64,000 nt of DNA from assembly GCA_965204735.1 (NCBI GenBank), contig OZ242008.1, positions 2,208,001-2,272,000 of the forward strand, given 5' to 3'. This DNA is from Longimicrobiales bacterium (GTDB lineage: Bacteria; Gemmatimonadota; Gemmatimonadetes; Longimicrobiales; Gaopeijiaceae). The notes beneath the pieces were generated by a model, which saw only the letters and a list, made by a program, of their open reading frames with translations, was not told the origin of the DNA and made no database searches. The position numbers and the translations under genes were made by a program. Below, piece by piece: positions 39,434 through 48,512 of this stretch. How positions within the stretch are numbered: the stretch's first letter is position 1; each line of letters begins with the position of its first letter.

Positions 39434-39534
39434 CCTTGGGTCGAAGTCATTTGGCGAAGAGGCACTTCCATCGCGGCACCAGCCCCCATGCGGGCCATCC
39501 CGCCACCGGCAAAGAACTCGCAGAAGCTGAACAC
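39434..39534 (-). pseudogene. Truncated, doubly frameshifted N-terminal fragment of a DNA (cytosine-5)-methyltransferase
   Basis: Removing one G and one A from homopolymer runs gives VFSFCEFFAGGGMARMGLVPRWKCLFANDFDPR (C5-MTase motifs I-II). Confidence 0.75.
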
Positions 39535-39557
39535 CCGGGGACTCGTCTTGGGCGTCG

Positions 39558-40073
39558 CTACCGTGGCGACCCTTTGGGCGAAGCAGAGCCTTCCTCCGAT
39601 TTCCACAGTGGAAAAGCGCCTGCTTCTGGATCCCCAGGAAAGAACAGACCCTTTTCGCGATCTGCTCGTTCAGCCTTCTGCCAAGCGTCCAGCAGATCAT
39701 CCCCTCCCCCTTCCGGGGAAGACGGGGCGACACGCGTCCGCTCGGACAGCACCCCGCCGTTGTACGAGCGAAGCAGCTCTTCATGAGCCGCCAAGGTCAA
39801 CTCCATAAAGACACGCGCCCGCTCGGACAGCACGCCGTCGTTGTACGAGCGAAGCAGGTCTTCATGAGCCGCTGCCAGATCTGCGAGATCCTCTGCGCTG
39901 ACCCCCTCGACGGCCTGATCCTCAACGGCCTGGTCCGGCATGGGGGCGTCGCCCCCGCATGCGAGGACCGCGCCGCTGGCTATGAGAACGAGGGCCATGA
40001 CGGACCGCGCCACCACGCGCCCGCCGACCCGAGCGAACGCCCCGTAACAGGCAGCCTTCTTCGACCTGGACAT
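39558..40073 (-). CDS. Hypothetical lipoprotein with an internal 27-aa duplication
   Basis: AAGGAGG RBS, ATG 40073, lipobox AVLAC, repeat AAHE(D/E)LLRSYN(D/G)GVLSER(A/T)RV twice (81-bp period). Confidence 0.7.
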   Translation of the reverse strand: MSRSKKAACYGAFARVGGRVVARSVMALVLIASGAVLACGGDAPMPDQAVEDQAVEGVSAEDLADLAAAHEDLLRSYNDGVLSERARVFMELTLAAHEELLRSYNGGVLSERTRVAPSSPEGGGDDLLDAWQKAERADREKGLFFPGDPEAGAFPLWKSEEGSASPKGSPR

Positions 40074-40181
40074 AAGACAACCTCCTTTGCGGAAAACTGC
40101 CTTTGGGGGACCCGAGCGGCCCCCAGCGATGCCGACAGGCTGGCCCCGCCACGGCGGCCGGCCTCGGTCGGTGTCGACCAC

Positions 40182-41024
40182 CTACCTGCCGATCGCTTCT
40201 GACCCGTCGTCGCGCAACGCGACGGGAGGGCCCAGCACTTCCCGCGCCACAACAAGGCGCCGCAACCCGGCCACAGTGCCGAACCCCATCTCGTTCGCGT
40301 TGGGCGGACGGGCGTCCGGCGTCGGCACGTAGTCGGCGCCGGGCAGCATCGGGGCGGGCTCCGGAGACAACCGATCGCCCGACGTCTGGCGGGCGGGCCC
40401 GGGCGCTACCCTCGGGGTCGCATCCAGGCGCGAGTCCCGTGACCGGACGTCCGGCGTCGGCGTTCTTGAACGCACTTCCACGGGCCTCGGCGCCCTGTCC
40501 CTTTCCGGCGTCGCATCCCACCCCCCGCTCGCTTCCCGGGCATGGCCGGGCACTGGGAACGAAGGCGGGCCCGGCGCCGAACTCCCCGTCGGCTCACCCG
40601 GGCCGGACGCTCGGGTCGGCGAGGGAGGCCGGCGCCCGGTTTCCGCTTTGCCGCCCGAGACCAAGTCCTCCAGCTCCTTCCGTATCTCCGGCGGGACCAG
40701 GATGTCGAACGCCGACTGGCGCTTTCCCGCCGACCGAGGGGCGGCCGTGGAAGGCTGCGGGCGAGGTTGCGGACCCCTCCGCGTCGAGTCCCGCGGCCCC
40801 GGCCTGGCCGTTTCCGGACCGGGAGCCGCCACCGGACCCGGAAACCGCTGGGCTCCGTCCGGGCCGGGCACAGGGCGAGGACGCTCCTGCTCCACCTCGC
40901 CAGCGCCCGACGGCTCGTCCCCTTCGGGCAGGCCCAGGCCGCGCTTCTTCGCCTTCTTCACCACCGCGTCCAGGATCGACAGGACGACGACGACGACCAG
41001 GACCCAGATCTGGTATTCGCCCAT
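40182..41024 (-). CDS. Hypothetical membrane-anchored Pro-rich protein, third gene of the nfeD-floA operon
   Basis: N-terminal TM IWVLVVVVVLSIL, disordered middle, C-terminal LRRLVVAREVLGPPVALR motif typical of genes downstream of floA. Confidence 0.75.
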   Translation of the reverse strand: MGEYQIWVLVVVVVLSILDAVVKKAKKRGLGLPEGDEPSGAGEVEQERPRPVPGPDGAQRFPGPVAAPGPETARPGPRDSTRRGPQPRPQPSTAAPRSAGKRQSAFDILVPPEIRKELEDLVSGGKAETGRRPPSPTRASGPGEPTGSSAPGPPSFPVPGHAREASGGWDATPERDRAPRPVEVRSRTPTPDVRSRDSRLDATPRVAPGPARQTSGDRLSPEPAPMLPGADYVPTPDARPPNANEMGFGTVAGLRRLVVAREVLGPPVALRDDGSEAIGR

Positions 41025-41069
41025 GTGCGGCTCCTCGGCTGGCGGACTCGGGCTCGGCGTCCGGCGGGA

Positions 41070-42053
41070 CTAGGACTCGGAGTCGGCGGGCGAGTCGGGG
41101 TCGCCGGCGGCGATGGCGCGGCGCATGTGGGTGTCGGACTCCACGTTGCGGTACTTGGCGTAGTCCATGACCCCCAGGTTGCCGCTGCGGAAGGCGTCCG
41201 CCATCGCCAGCGGAACCTTCGCCTCCGCCGCCACGACCTCGGCGCGCATCTCCTCGACCCGCGCCTTCATCTCCTGCTCCTGGGCCATCGCCATCGCTCG
41301 CCGCTCCTCGGCCCGAGCCTGGGCCACCCGCTTGTCGGCCTCGGCCTGGTCGGTCTGGAGCTCGGCGCCGATGTTCTTCCCCACGTCCACGTCGGCGATG
41401 TCGATGGAGAGAATTTCGAACGCCGTCCCCGAGTCCAGCCCCTTCTGCAGCACGGTCTTGGAGATCGCGTCGGGGTTCTCGAGCACGGCCTTGTGACTGT
41501 TGGCGGAGCCGATCGTCGACACGATCCCCTCGCCGACCCGGGCCAGGATCGTCTCTTCGCCGGCGCCCCCGACCAAGCGGTTGATGTTGGCGCGCACCGT
41601 GACCCGGGCCACGGCGATCAGCTGGATGCCGTCCTTCGCCATCGCCGCCACCCGGGGCGTCTGCACCACCTTCGGGTTCACCGAGACCTGCACCGCCTCG
41701 AAGACGTCGCGGCCCGCCAAGTCGATTGCGGCGGCCTGCTGGAACGGAAGCTCGATGTTGGCCTTGTCGGCGCTGATCAGCGCCCGCACCACCCGGTCCA
41801 CGTCGCCCCCGGCCAGGTAGTGCGCCTCCAGGTGGGACACGTCGAGGGGGAGGCCGGCCTTCGTGGAGGCGATCAGGGGCCGCACGACCGCAGGAGGGCT
41901 GACCTTGCGGAGACGCATCCCCACCAAGCTGCCCAGCCCGAGCCGGACGCCGGCGAAGAGCGCCTCGATCCACAGTCGGACGGGCACGGCCCAGCTCAGG
42001 ACGGCGAGGCCTACGGCGACGAGCGCCAGGATCAGGATCGGGAAGAGTTCCAT
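41070..42053 (-). CDS. floA: Flotillin-like protein FloA (YqfA)
   Basis: [61 protein letters not shown]. Confidence 0.97.
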   Translation of the reverse strand: MELFPILILALVAVGLAVLSWAVPVRLWIEALFAGVRLGLGSLVGMRLRKVSPPAVVRPLIASTKAGLPLDVSHLEAHYLAGGDVDRVVRALISADKANIELPFQQAAAIDLAGRDVFEAVQVSVNPKVVQTPRVAAMAKDGIQLIAVARVTVRANINRLVGGAGEETILARVGEGIVSTIGSANSHKAVLENPDAISKTVLQKGLDSGTAFEILSIDIADVDVGKNIGAELQTDQAEADKRVAQARAEERRAMAMAQEQEMKARVEEMRAEVVAAEAKVPLAMADAFRSGNLGVMDYAKYRNVESDTHMRRAIAAGDPDSPADSES

Positions 42054-42131
42054 GGGGGAGAGCGCTCCGGTTGCTTGAGTCGGTGGAGAGTTGGATGAAC
42101 TAGGGGGAACCCAGGTCGCGGGACAACGGCT

Positions 42132-43583
42132 TCAGGCGGACTCGATCGGGCGGACGATGTGGCGGTACCCCTCGGCGCGCTGGATCCGTATCCGGGTGCC
42201 TTCCTCGATCCACTCGCTTTCGGAGACCACGTCCAGCCGCTCGTCTCCGAAGAGTCCCATGCCGGCGGGGCGCAGGGCGGTGATCGCGACCCCCTCCGCG
42301 CCTTCCAGCTCGGGGCGCACGCTGGCCGAGATGTAGCCCTCGCGACGGTCGGTGGACTCGGGGAGGAGCACGCCGCTGCGCTTGAGCCGCCAGCTGCCGG
42401 GCAGGTAGCGGACCAGGGCCCACGCCAGGACCAGCACGATCAGGACGGACGCGCCGAGCACGCCGCCGGCGCTGGTGAAGTCCTGTCGGGTCGGGAGGTC
42501 TCCCAGCTGAGCCAGGAAGACGCCGCCCAGCAAGGCCGCGCCCCCCAGCACGCCGAAGACGCCGAAGCCGGGAATCACCAGCACCTCCAGCAGCACCAGG
42601 ACGACGCCGGCGCCCACGAGGATCAGGTCCTCCGCGCCGGCGAGCCCCACCAGGAGGTGGGCGCCGAAGAAGAGGGCGAGGGAGAGAAGCCCCGCAGCGC
42701 CCGCCAACCCGAAGCCCGCCGTCTTGATCTCGACGATCAGGCCCAGGAACCCCAGGGACAGAAGGAAGGGCGCGATGACCGGGTTCGTGAAGAAGCGAAC
42801 CAGCCGCTCGGCCCAGTTGACCCGCGCCTCCACGACGTCGGCGGACGCGAGTCCCAGGCGCTCCAGCACGCCGTCCCAGTCGGCCGCCTCTTCGGCGTAG
42901 CCCAGCTCCACCGCTTCCTCGGCGGTGAGGGTGAGGAGCTTGCCCGCCTCGACCACGCCTTCCACCGCCAGCTCCTCGTCCACCATCGCCTCGGCGATCC
43001 GGGGGTCCAGTCCCCTGGCTTCGGCCAAGGCCCGCATCCGACCCCGCATTGCGGACACGATCTTCTCCGACGCCTTGGTTCCCTGCCCGTCCACCGGCGT
43101 CGCCGCCCCCATGACGGCGCCGGGCCGCATCAGCACCTGGTCGGCGGAGAGGGCGATCATCGCTCCCGCCGAGTAGGCGTGCATGTTGACGAAGGCGTGG
43201 ACGGGCACTTGGGAGCGGCCCACGGCGCTGACGATCCGCTCGGCGGCGTCCACGCGCCCGCCCGGCGTCTCGATGTCCAGGATCACGGCCCGCGCCCCCG
43301 AGGCGGCGGCCTCCTCCAGCGTCCGCTCGATGAACGGAGCAAGCCCCATTTCCACGGTCCCGGCGACGGGAACCCGGACTACGACGAGCTGGTCTGGCTG
43401 CTGGGAAGCGCCCGCTTGCTGGGGAGCGCCTGCCTGCTGGAGACCGACTGCTTGCGGGGGCTGGCCGAGCGGCAACGTCGCGGCCAAGACGAGCGCGGCC
43501 GCCAGGGCGCCCGCGACGGTTCGGGCCCGGGCGACGCCCTTCGCAGCGGACCCCTCTGGGGTGGTCGGAAGTCTCGTGGTCAC
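42132..43583 (-). CDS. nfeD: NfeD/YqeZ-family membrane-bound serine protease (long form)
   Basis: IETPGGRVD, AYSAGAMIAL, EKIVS, KLLTLT, TM region, C-terminal TALRPAG OB-fold. GTG 43583 has an AAGGAGG RBS. Confidence 0.93.
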   Translation of the reverse strand: MTTRLPTTPEGSAAKGVARARTVAGALAAALVLAATLPLGQPPQAVGLQQAGAPQQAGASQQPDQLVVVRVPVAGTVEMGLAPFIERTLEEAAASGARAVILDIETPGGRVDAAERIVSAVGRSQVPVHAFVNMHAYSAGAMIALSADQVLMRPGAVMGAATPVDGQGTKASEKIVSAMRGRMRALAEARGLDPRIAEAMVDEELAVEGVVEAGKLLTLTAEEAVELGYAEEAADWDGVLERLGLASADVVEARVNWAERLVRFFTNPVIAPFLLSLGFLGLIVEIKTAGFGLAGAAGLLSLALFFGAHLLVGLAGAEDLILVGAGVVLVLLEVLVIPGFGVFGVLGGAALLGGVFLAQLGDLPTRQDFTSAGGVLGASVLIVLVLAWALVRYLPGSWRLKRSGVLLPESTDRREGYISASVRPELEGAEGVAITALRPAGMGLFGDERLDVVSESEWIEEGTRIRIQRAEGYRHIVRPIESA

Positions 43584-43885
43584 TGGACATCCTCCTTCTG
43601 CTTCGACGCCCTTCTGCTTCGCCGCCTGCCGCCCGGGCGAAGCCAAGGCCGGCAGCGGCGCTCCTGCCTTCGTCGAAGCTACGTTGTCGCGCCCGGAAAC
43701 AATCTACGGCAACGACACCGCTTCCGCCCGGCAGCGGCTCGCCGTCGCAGCGCCGGCCTCGGCGTCCCAGCGGCCCGGCCTCTCGGAGCCTGCTGGTTAT
43801 CTTACGACGACGACGGAGCCCGTTCACGCCGGAGCCCGTTGACGACGCCGGAGCCCGTTCACGCCACCCAAAACAGGTGACCCCC

Positions 43886-44686
43886 ATGACCGACAGCGTT
43901 CTCGTTCGCTACGACGCCACCGACGGCGTTGCCGTCCTGACCCTCGACGACCCGCCCGCCAACACGTACACCCACGAGATGATGCGCCAGCTCGACGACG
44001 CGGTCCTGCGGGCGCGCTTCGACGACTCCGTCCACGTGATCGTGGTCGCCGGCGCCGGCGAGAAGTTCTTCTCCGCGGGAGCAAACATCGCGATGCTCGC
44101 CGAGGTGACCACGGGGTTCAAGTACTACTTCTGCCTCCACGCCAACGAGACGCTGAACCGGTTGGAGCACACGCCGAAGCTGGTGATCGCGGCCCTGAAC
44201 GGGCACACGGTGGGCGGCGGGCTGGAGATCGCCATGGCGGCCGACATCCGGATCGCCCGGGCGGGCCGGAGCAAGACGGGGCTGCCCGAAGTCAACCTGG
44301 GGGTGCTCCCGGGGACTGGGGGAACCCAGCGCCTGTCGCGGCTGGTGGGCAAGGCCAAGTCGATCGAGCTGATGGCGACAGGCCGGACCTTCGGCTTCGA
44401 CGAGGCGAAGGAGCTGGGGATCGTCCACGAGGTGTGGGAGAGCGAGACCCGCGACGACTTCATGGCGCGAGTAGTGGAGTACGCGGGCCGGTTCTGTCCG
44501 CCCGCCACGGCCTCCAAGGCGGTGGGCGCGATCAAGCGCTCGGTTCAGACGGGCGCGGAAGTCCCCTTCGAGACCGCCCTGGCCCTGGAGCGGGAGCTTC
44601 AGCAGCAGCTCTTCGCCAGCGGCGACGCCCGCGAGGGCCTGTCCGCCTACGTGGAGAAGCGCCGGGCCGCGTTCGCAGGGAGCTAG
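43886..44686 (+). CDS. Enoyl-CoA hydratase/isomerase family protein
   Basis: [47 protein letters not shown]. Confidence 0.93.
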   Translation: MTDSVLVRYDATDGVAVLTLDDPPANTYTHEMMRQLDDAVLRARFDDSVHVIVVAGAGEKFFSAGANIAMLAEVTTGFKYYFCLHANETLNRLEHTPKLVIAALNGHTVGGGLEIAMAADIRIARAGRSKTGLPEVNLGVLPGTGGTQRLSRLVGKAKSIELMATGRTFGFDEAKELGIVHEVWESETRDDFMARVVEYAGRFCPPATASKAVGAIKRSVQTGAEVPFETALALERELQQQLFASGDAREGLSAYVEKRRAAFAGS

Positions 44687-44690
44687 ACGG

Positions 44691-46148
44691 ATGGGAGACG
44701 CCGTGGCCAACCGTCTCTGGATCGGGAACGAGTGGGCCGACGCCCGGAGCGGGGCCGTCTTTCCCACGGTGAACCCGGCCACCGGCGAAGTGATCGCAGA
44801 GGTCGCCGAAGCCGGGGAGGAGGACGTGGATCGGGCGGTGCAGGCAGCGCGCGCGGCGTTCGCGGACTCGCGCTGGCGGCGGGCGAGTCCACACAAGCGA
44901 TCTCAGCTGCTCTGGCGGCTGGCGGAGCTGGTGGACGCCCACGCCGACGAGCTGGCTCTGCTGGAGACCCGGGACAACGGCAAGCCCTACTTCGAGTCCC
45001 GCAAGATCGACCTCCCTTCGGTGGCCCTCACGCTCCGCTACTACGCCGGGATGGCGGACAAGGTGCAGGGCGACACGCTTCCGGTCCCGGGCCCGTTCCT
45101 CAACTACACCTTGCGGGAGCCGGTGGGCGTGGTGGGGGCGATCGTCCCGTGGAACTTCCCCCTCTCCATGGCGGCGTGGAAGGCGGCCCCGGCGCTGGCG
45201 TGCGGCGCCACCGTGGTGCTCAAGCCCGCCGAGGAGACTCCGCTGACGGCGCTGCGCTTTGGGGAGCTGGCCGCCGAGGCCGGGTTCCCGCCGGGCGCGC
45301 TGAACGTAGTGCCCGGCTACGGCGAGACCGCGGGGGCGGCGCTGGTGCGCCATCCGGGAGTGGACGCGATCTCGTTCACCGGCTCCACCGAGACGGGCCG
45401 CACGGTGATGCGCGAGGCGGCCGGCACGCTCAAGAAGGTCTCGCTGGAGCTGGGGGGCAAGTCGCCCAACATCGTCTTTGCCGACGCGGACTTGAGTCAA
45501 GCCGTGAAGGGAGCGTCCACCGGCGTCTTCTACGGGAAGGGCGAGGTGTGCGCGGCGGGGAGCAGGATCCTGGTGGAGGCGTCGGTCCACGACGAGTTCG
45601 TGGAGAGCTTGGCGGAGCGGGCGGAGCGGACGACGGTGGGCGACCCGATGGACCCGTCCACGCGGCTGGGCGCCATCGTGAGCGAGGCCCAGCTGGAGCG
45701 GGTCGCGGGGTACGTCGAGGCCGGGAAGCGCGAGGGCGCGCGTCTGGTGGCCGGGGGGGAGCGGGCGACGGTGGACGGGCGCGGCAACTTCGTGAGGGCC
45801 ACGGTCTTTTCCGAGGTGGACCCGGGAATGACGATCGCCCGCGAGGAGATCTTCGGGCCGGTGGCCGCGGTGATCCGCTTCGAAGACGTGGAGGACGCTG
45901 TGGCCAAGGCGAACGACACGCTGTACGGCTTGGCGGCGGGGGTCTGGACCCGGGACGTGGGCAAGGCGCACCGGGTGGCGGCCGAGATCGAGGCGGGCAC
46001 GGTTTGGGTCAACGCCTACAACCAGTACTCCCCGGCGTCGCCCTTCGGCGGCTGGAAGGAAAGCGGCTTCGGACCAGACCTGGGATTTCAGACGGCGCTG
46101 GAGAAGTACACCCACCTGAAGAGCGTCTGGGTGGCGCTGGACCGGTAG
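44691..46148 (+). CDS. NAD-dependent aldehyde dehydrogenase
   Basis: IVPWNFP, LKPAEETP, FTGSTETG, LELGGKSP, GEVCAAGSR, EEIFGPV, PFGGWKESG. Confidence 0.96.
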   Translation: MGDAVANRLWIGNEWADARSGAVFPTVNPATGEVIAEVAEAGEEDVDRAVQAARAAFADSRWRRASPHKRSQLLWRLAELVDAHADELALLETRDNGKPYFESRKIDLPSVALTLRYYAGMADKVQGDTLPVPGPFLNYTLREPVGVVGAIVPWNFPLSMAAWKAAPALACGATVVLKPAEETPLTALRFGELAAEAGFPPGALNVVPGYGETAGAALVRHPGVDAISFTGSTETGRTVMREAAGTLKKVSLELGGKSPNIVFADADLSQAVKGASTGVFYGKGEVCAAGSRILVEASVHDEFVESLAERAERTTVGDPMDPSTRLGAIVSEAQLERVAGYVEAGKREGARLVAGGERATVDGRGNFVRATVFSEVDPGMTIAREEIFGPVAAVIRFEDVEDAVAKANDTLYGLAAGVWTRDVGKAHRVAAEIEAGTVWVNAYNQYSPASPFGGWKESGFGPDLGFQTALEKYTHLKSVWVALDR

Positions 46149-46170
46149 CGGCGGGAGCGCGGGCGGCGAT

Positions 46171-46278
46171 GGCTGGCGCAGCTGCGGCGAGGGCGCGAGT
46201 GGCGAGGGCTGGCGGAGCTGCGGCGAGGGCGCGGGCGTGGACGGCCGGCGGAGCTGCGGCGGAAGCGCGGGCGGCGGC
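46171..46278. repeat. Three degenerate 36-bp tandem units in the ALDH-thiolase spacer
   Basis: GGC(T/C)GGCG(C/G)AGCTGCGGCG..GCGCG at 46171, 46207 and 46243. Confidence 0.75.
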
Positions 46279-46305
46279 CTGCTTGGCCGCGGGGGGTCGT
46301 GGGTG

Positions 46306-47505
46306 ATGCGGGAAGCGTGGATCGTGGATGCCGTGCGCACGCCCGTCGGAAGGCACGGCGGGGCGCTGGCCCCGGTGCGGCCCGACGACTTGGCGGCAAC
46401 GACGATCTCGGCGTTGCTGGCGCGCAACCCCTCGCTTCCCGCCGCTCGCCTGGACGACGTGATCTTCGGCTGCACCAACCAGGCGGGCGAGGACAACCGG
46501 AACGTGGCCCGCATGGCGCTCCTGCGGGCGGGCGTGCCGGTGGAGGTCCCGGGACAGACCGTGAACCGGCTTTGCGGCTCGGGGATGCAGGCGGTGGCCG
46601 CCGCCTTCCACGCCGTGCGGGCCGGCGAGGGCGTCGCGTTCGTGGCGGGCGGGGTCGAGTCGATGAGCCGAGCGCCGTTCGTGATGCTGAAGCCGGAGCG
46701 GGGCTGGCCCCGGGGCGCGCCCCAGGTGGCGGACACGGTGCTGGGGTGGCGCTTTCCCAACCCGCGCTTCGCCCCCGAGTGGACGATGAGCCTTGGGGAG
46801 ACGGCGGAAGCGGTGGCCCGGGAGTTCGGGGTGAGCCGCGAGGAGCAGGACGCCTTCGCGGCCGAGAGCCAGCGGCGGGCGGCGGCGGCGCAGGAGGCCG
46901 GGCGCTTCGACGCGGAGATCGTGCCGGTGACGGCGCCGGGCCGGAAGGGCGAGCCGGTGGCGGTGGAGCGGGACGAGCACCCCAGGCCGGGGACGACCGC
47001 AGAGGCGCTGGCGCGGCTTCGGCCGGTGTTCGAGAAGGGCGGGAGCGTGACTGCGGGCAACTCGTCGGGGATCAACGACGGCGCCGCCGCGCTCCTCGTG
47101 GTGGAGGCGGAAACGGCTCGGGCGCTCGGCCTGGAACCGATGGGTTCGGTGCGGGCCACGGCCGTGGCCGGCGTGGCGCCGCATCGCATGGGAACCGGCC
47201 CGATCCCGGCGTCGCGGCGTTGCCTGGAGCGGGCGGGCGCGGCCGTCGGCGAGCTGGACCTAGCGGAGGTGAACGAGGCCTTCGCGGCCCAGGCGGTTCC
47301 TTGCGTGCGGGAGCTGGGACTGGACCCGGAGATCGTCAACGTCAACGGCGGCGCCATCGCTCTGGGCCACCCCGTGGGGTGCTCGGGCGCGCGCATTCTG
47401 GCGACGCTGGTGCACGAGATGGCACGGCGGGAGGCCGGGCTCGGACTGGCCACGATGTGCATCGGGGTGGGCCAGGGAATCGCCGCCGTGGTGGAGCGAA
47501 CGTGA
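46306..47505 (+). CDS. pcaF: 3-oxoadipyl-CoA-type thiolase (PcaF/PaaJ family)
   Basis: VRPDDLAA, GCTNQAGEDNRNVARMA, NRLCGSG, ESMSRAPFVM, NEAFA, GHPVG, MCIGVGQG; ATG 46306. Confidence 0.88.
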   Translation: MREAWIVDAVRTPVGRHGGALAPVRPDDLAATTISALLARNPSLPAARLDDVIFGCTNQAGEDNRNVARMALLRAGVPVEVPGQTVNRLCGSGMQAVAAAFHAVRAGEGVAFVAGGVESMSRAPFVMLKPERGWPRGAPQVADTVLGWRFPNPRFAPEWTMSLGETAEAVAREFGVSREEQDAFAAESQRRAAAAQEAGRFDAEIVPVTAPGRKGEPVAVERDEHPRPGTTAEALARLRPVFEKGGSVTAGNSSGINDGAAALLVVEAETARALGLEPMGSVRATAVAGVAPHRMGTGPIPASRRCLERAGAAVGELDLAEVNEAFAAQAVPCVRELGLDPEIVNVNGGAIALGHPVGCSGARILATLVHEMARREAGLGLATMCIGVGQGIAAVVERT

Positions 47506-47581
47506 GCGCGCGGGGCGAACTTGAGCGCGCGGGACGGCGCGTGACGCCCGGCGACTACGTGCTGCTCCGCGTGGAGCGAAC

Positions 47582-48460
47582 TTGAGCGCGCGGGACGGCG
47601 TGATCGGCAAGGTGGGCGTGATCGGCGCCGGGACGATGGGCCACGGAATTGCTCAGGTCGCTGCTCTGGCCGGGCATCGGGTGGCCGTCCACGACGCCGA
47701 CGGCGGGCAGGTGGATCGCGCCGTCGCGCGGATCCGGGCCAACCTCGACAAGGGCGTCGCCTTGGGGAAGGTGGAAGCGCGGGCGCGCGAGGCGGCCTTG
47801 TCGCGCATCTCGGCCGCCGTCGAGGTGGGCCGTGCCGTCGCCGGCGCCGATCTGGTGATCGAGGCCGTGCCCGAGGTCCTCTCCGTCAAGGCCGAGCTCT
47901 TCCGCCAAGTCGCAGGACTGGTCGCCGACGACGCGATCCTTGCCACCAACACGTCCTCGTTGTCGGTCTCCGAGATCGCCGAAGGAGTGCCGGCGCCCGG
48001 CCGCTTCCTGGGGCTCCACTTCTTCAACCCGGTCCACATCATGGCCCTCGTCGAGGTCGTCAAGGGGAGGCGGACGGACCCGGCCGTCCTGGAGCGCGCG
48101 GTCGGGTTCGTTCGGGGGCTTGGGAAGGAGCCGGTGGTCGTGGCGGACTCGCCCGGGTTCGCGTCTTCCCGGCTGGGGATCGTGCTGGGGCTGGAGGCGA
48201 TCCGCATGGTGGAGGCCGGGGTCGCCTCGCCGGAAGACATCGACAAGGCGATGGTGCTGGGGTACCGTCACCCCATGGGTCCATTGCGCTTGACCGACTT
48301 GGTGGGGTTGGACGTGCGCCTGGGGATCGCCGCGTATCTTCACGAGACGCTGGGGTCGGAGGCGTTCCGTCCGCCGGCGCTGCTGGAGCGGATGGTGGCC
48401 GACGGACGGCTGGGGAAGAAGACGGGTCGGGGGTTCTACGATTGGAGAGAAGACGGGTGA
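47582..48460 (+). CDS. 3-hydroxyacyl-CoA dehydrogenase (PaaH/Hbd family)
   Basis: GAGTMGHGIA, IEAVPE, ATNTSSL, GLHFFNPV, HPMGPL, GRLGKKTGRGFY. Confidence 0.95.
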   Translation: MSARDGVIGKVGVIGAGTMGHGIAQVAALAGHRVAVHDADGGQVDRAVARIRANLDKGVALGKVEARAREAALSRISAAVEVGRAVAGADLVIEAVPEVLSVKAELFRQVAGLVADDAILATNTSSLSVSEIAEGVPAPGRFLGLHFFNPVHIMALVEVVKGRRTDPAVLERAVGFVRGLGKEPVVVADSPGFASSRLGIVLGLEAIRMVEAGVASPEDIDKAMVLGYRHPMGPLRLTDLVGLDVRLGIAAYLHETLGSEAFRPPALLERMVADGRLGKKTGRGFYDWREDG

Positions 48461-48512
48461 GCGGCGGAGGGCCAGACGGTCCAGCGGGGCGCGCGCCTGC
48501 CCTGCTCTACGA

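Noticed and set aside
39239..39784. N-terminal 182 aa of the 5142-aa track ORF
   Set aside because: It overlaps the lipoprotein gene and the methyltransferase relic, and the signal peptide and SD point to ATG 39238. Starts at 39331-39421 cannot be fully excluded.
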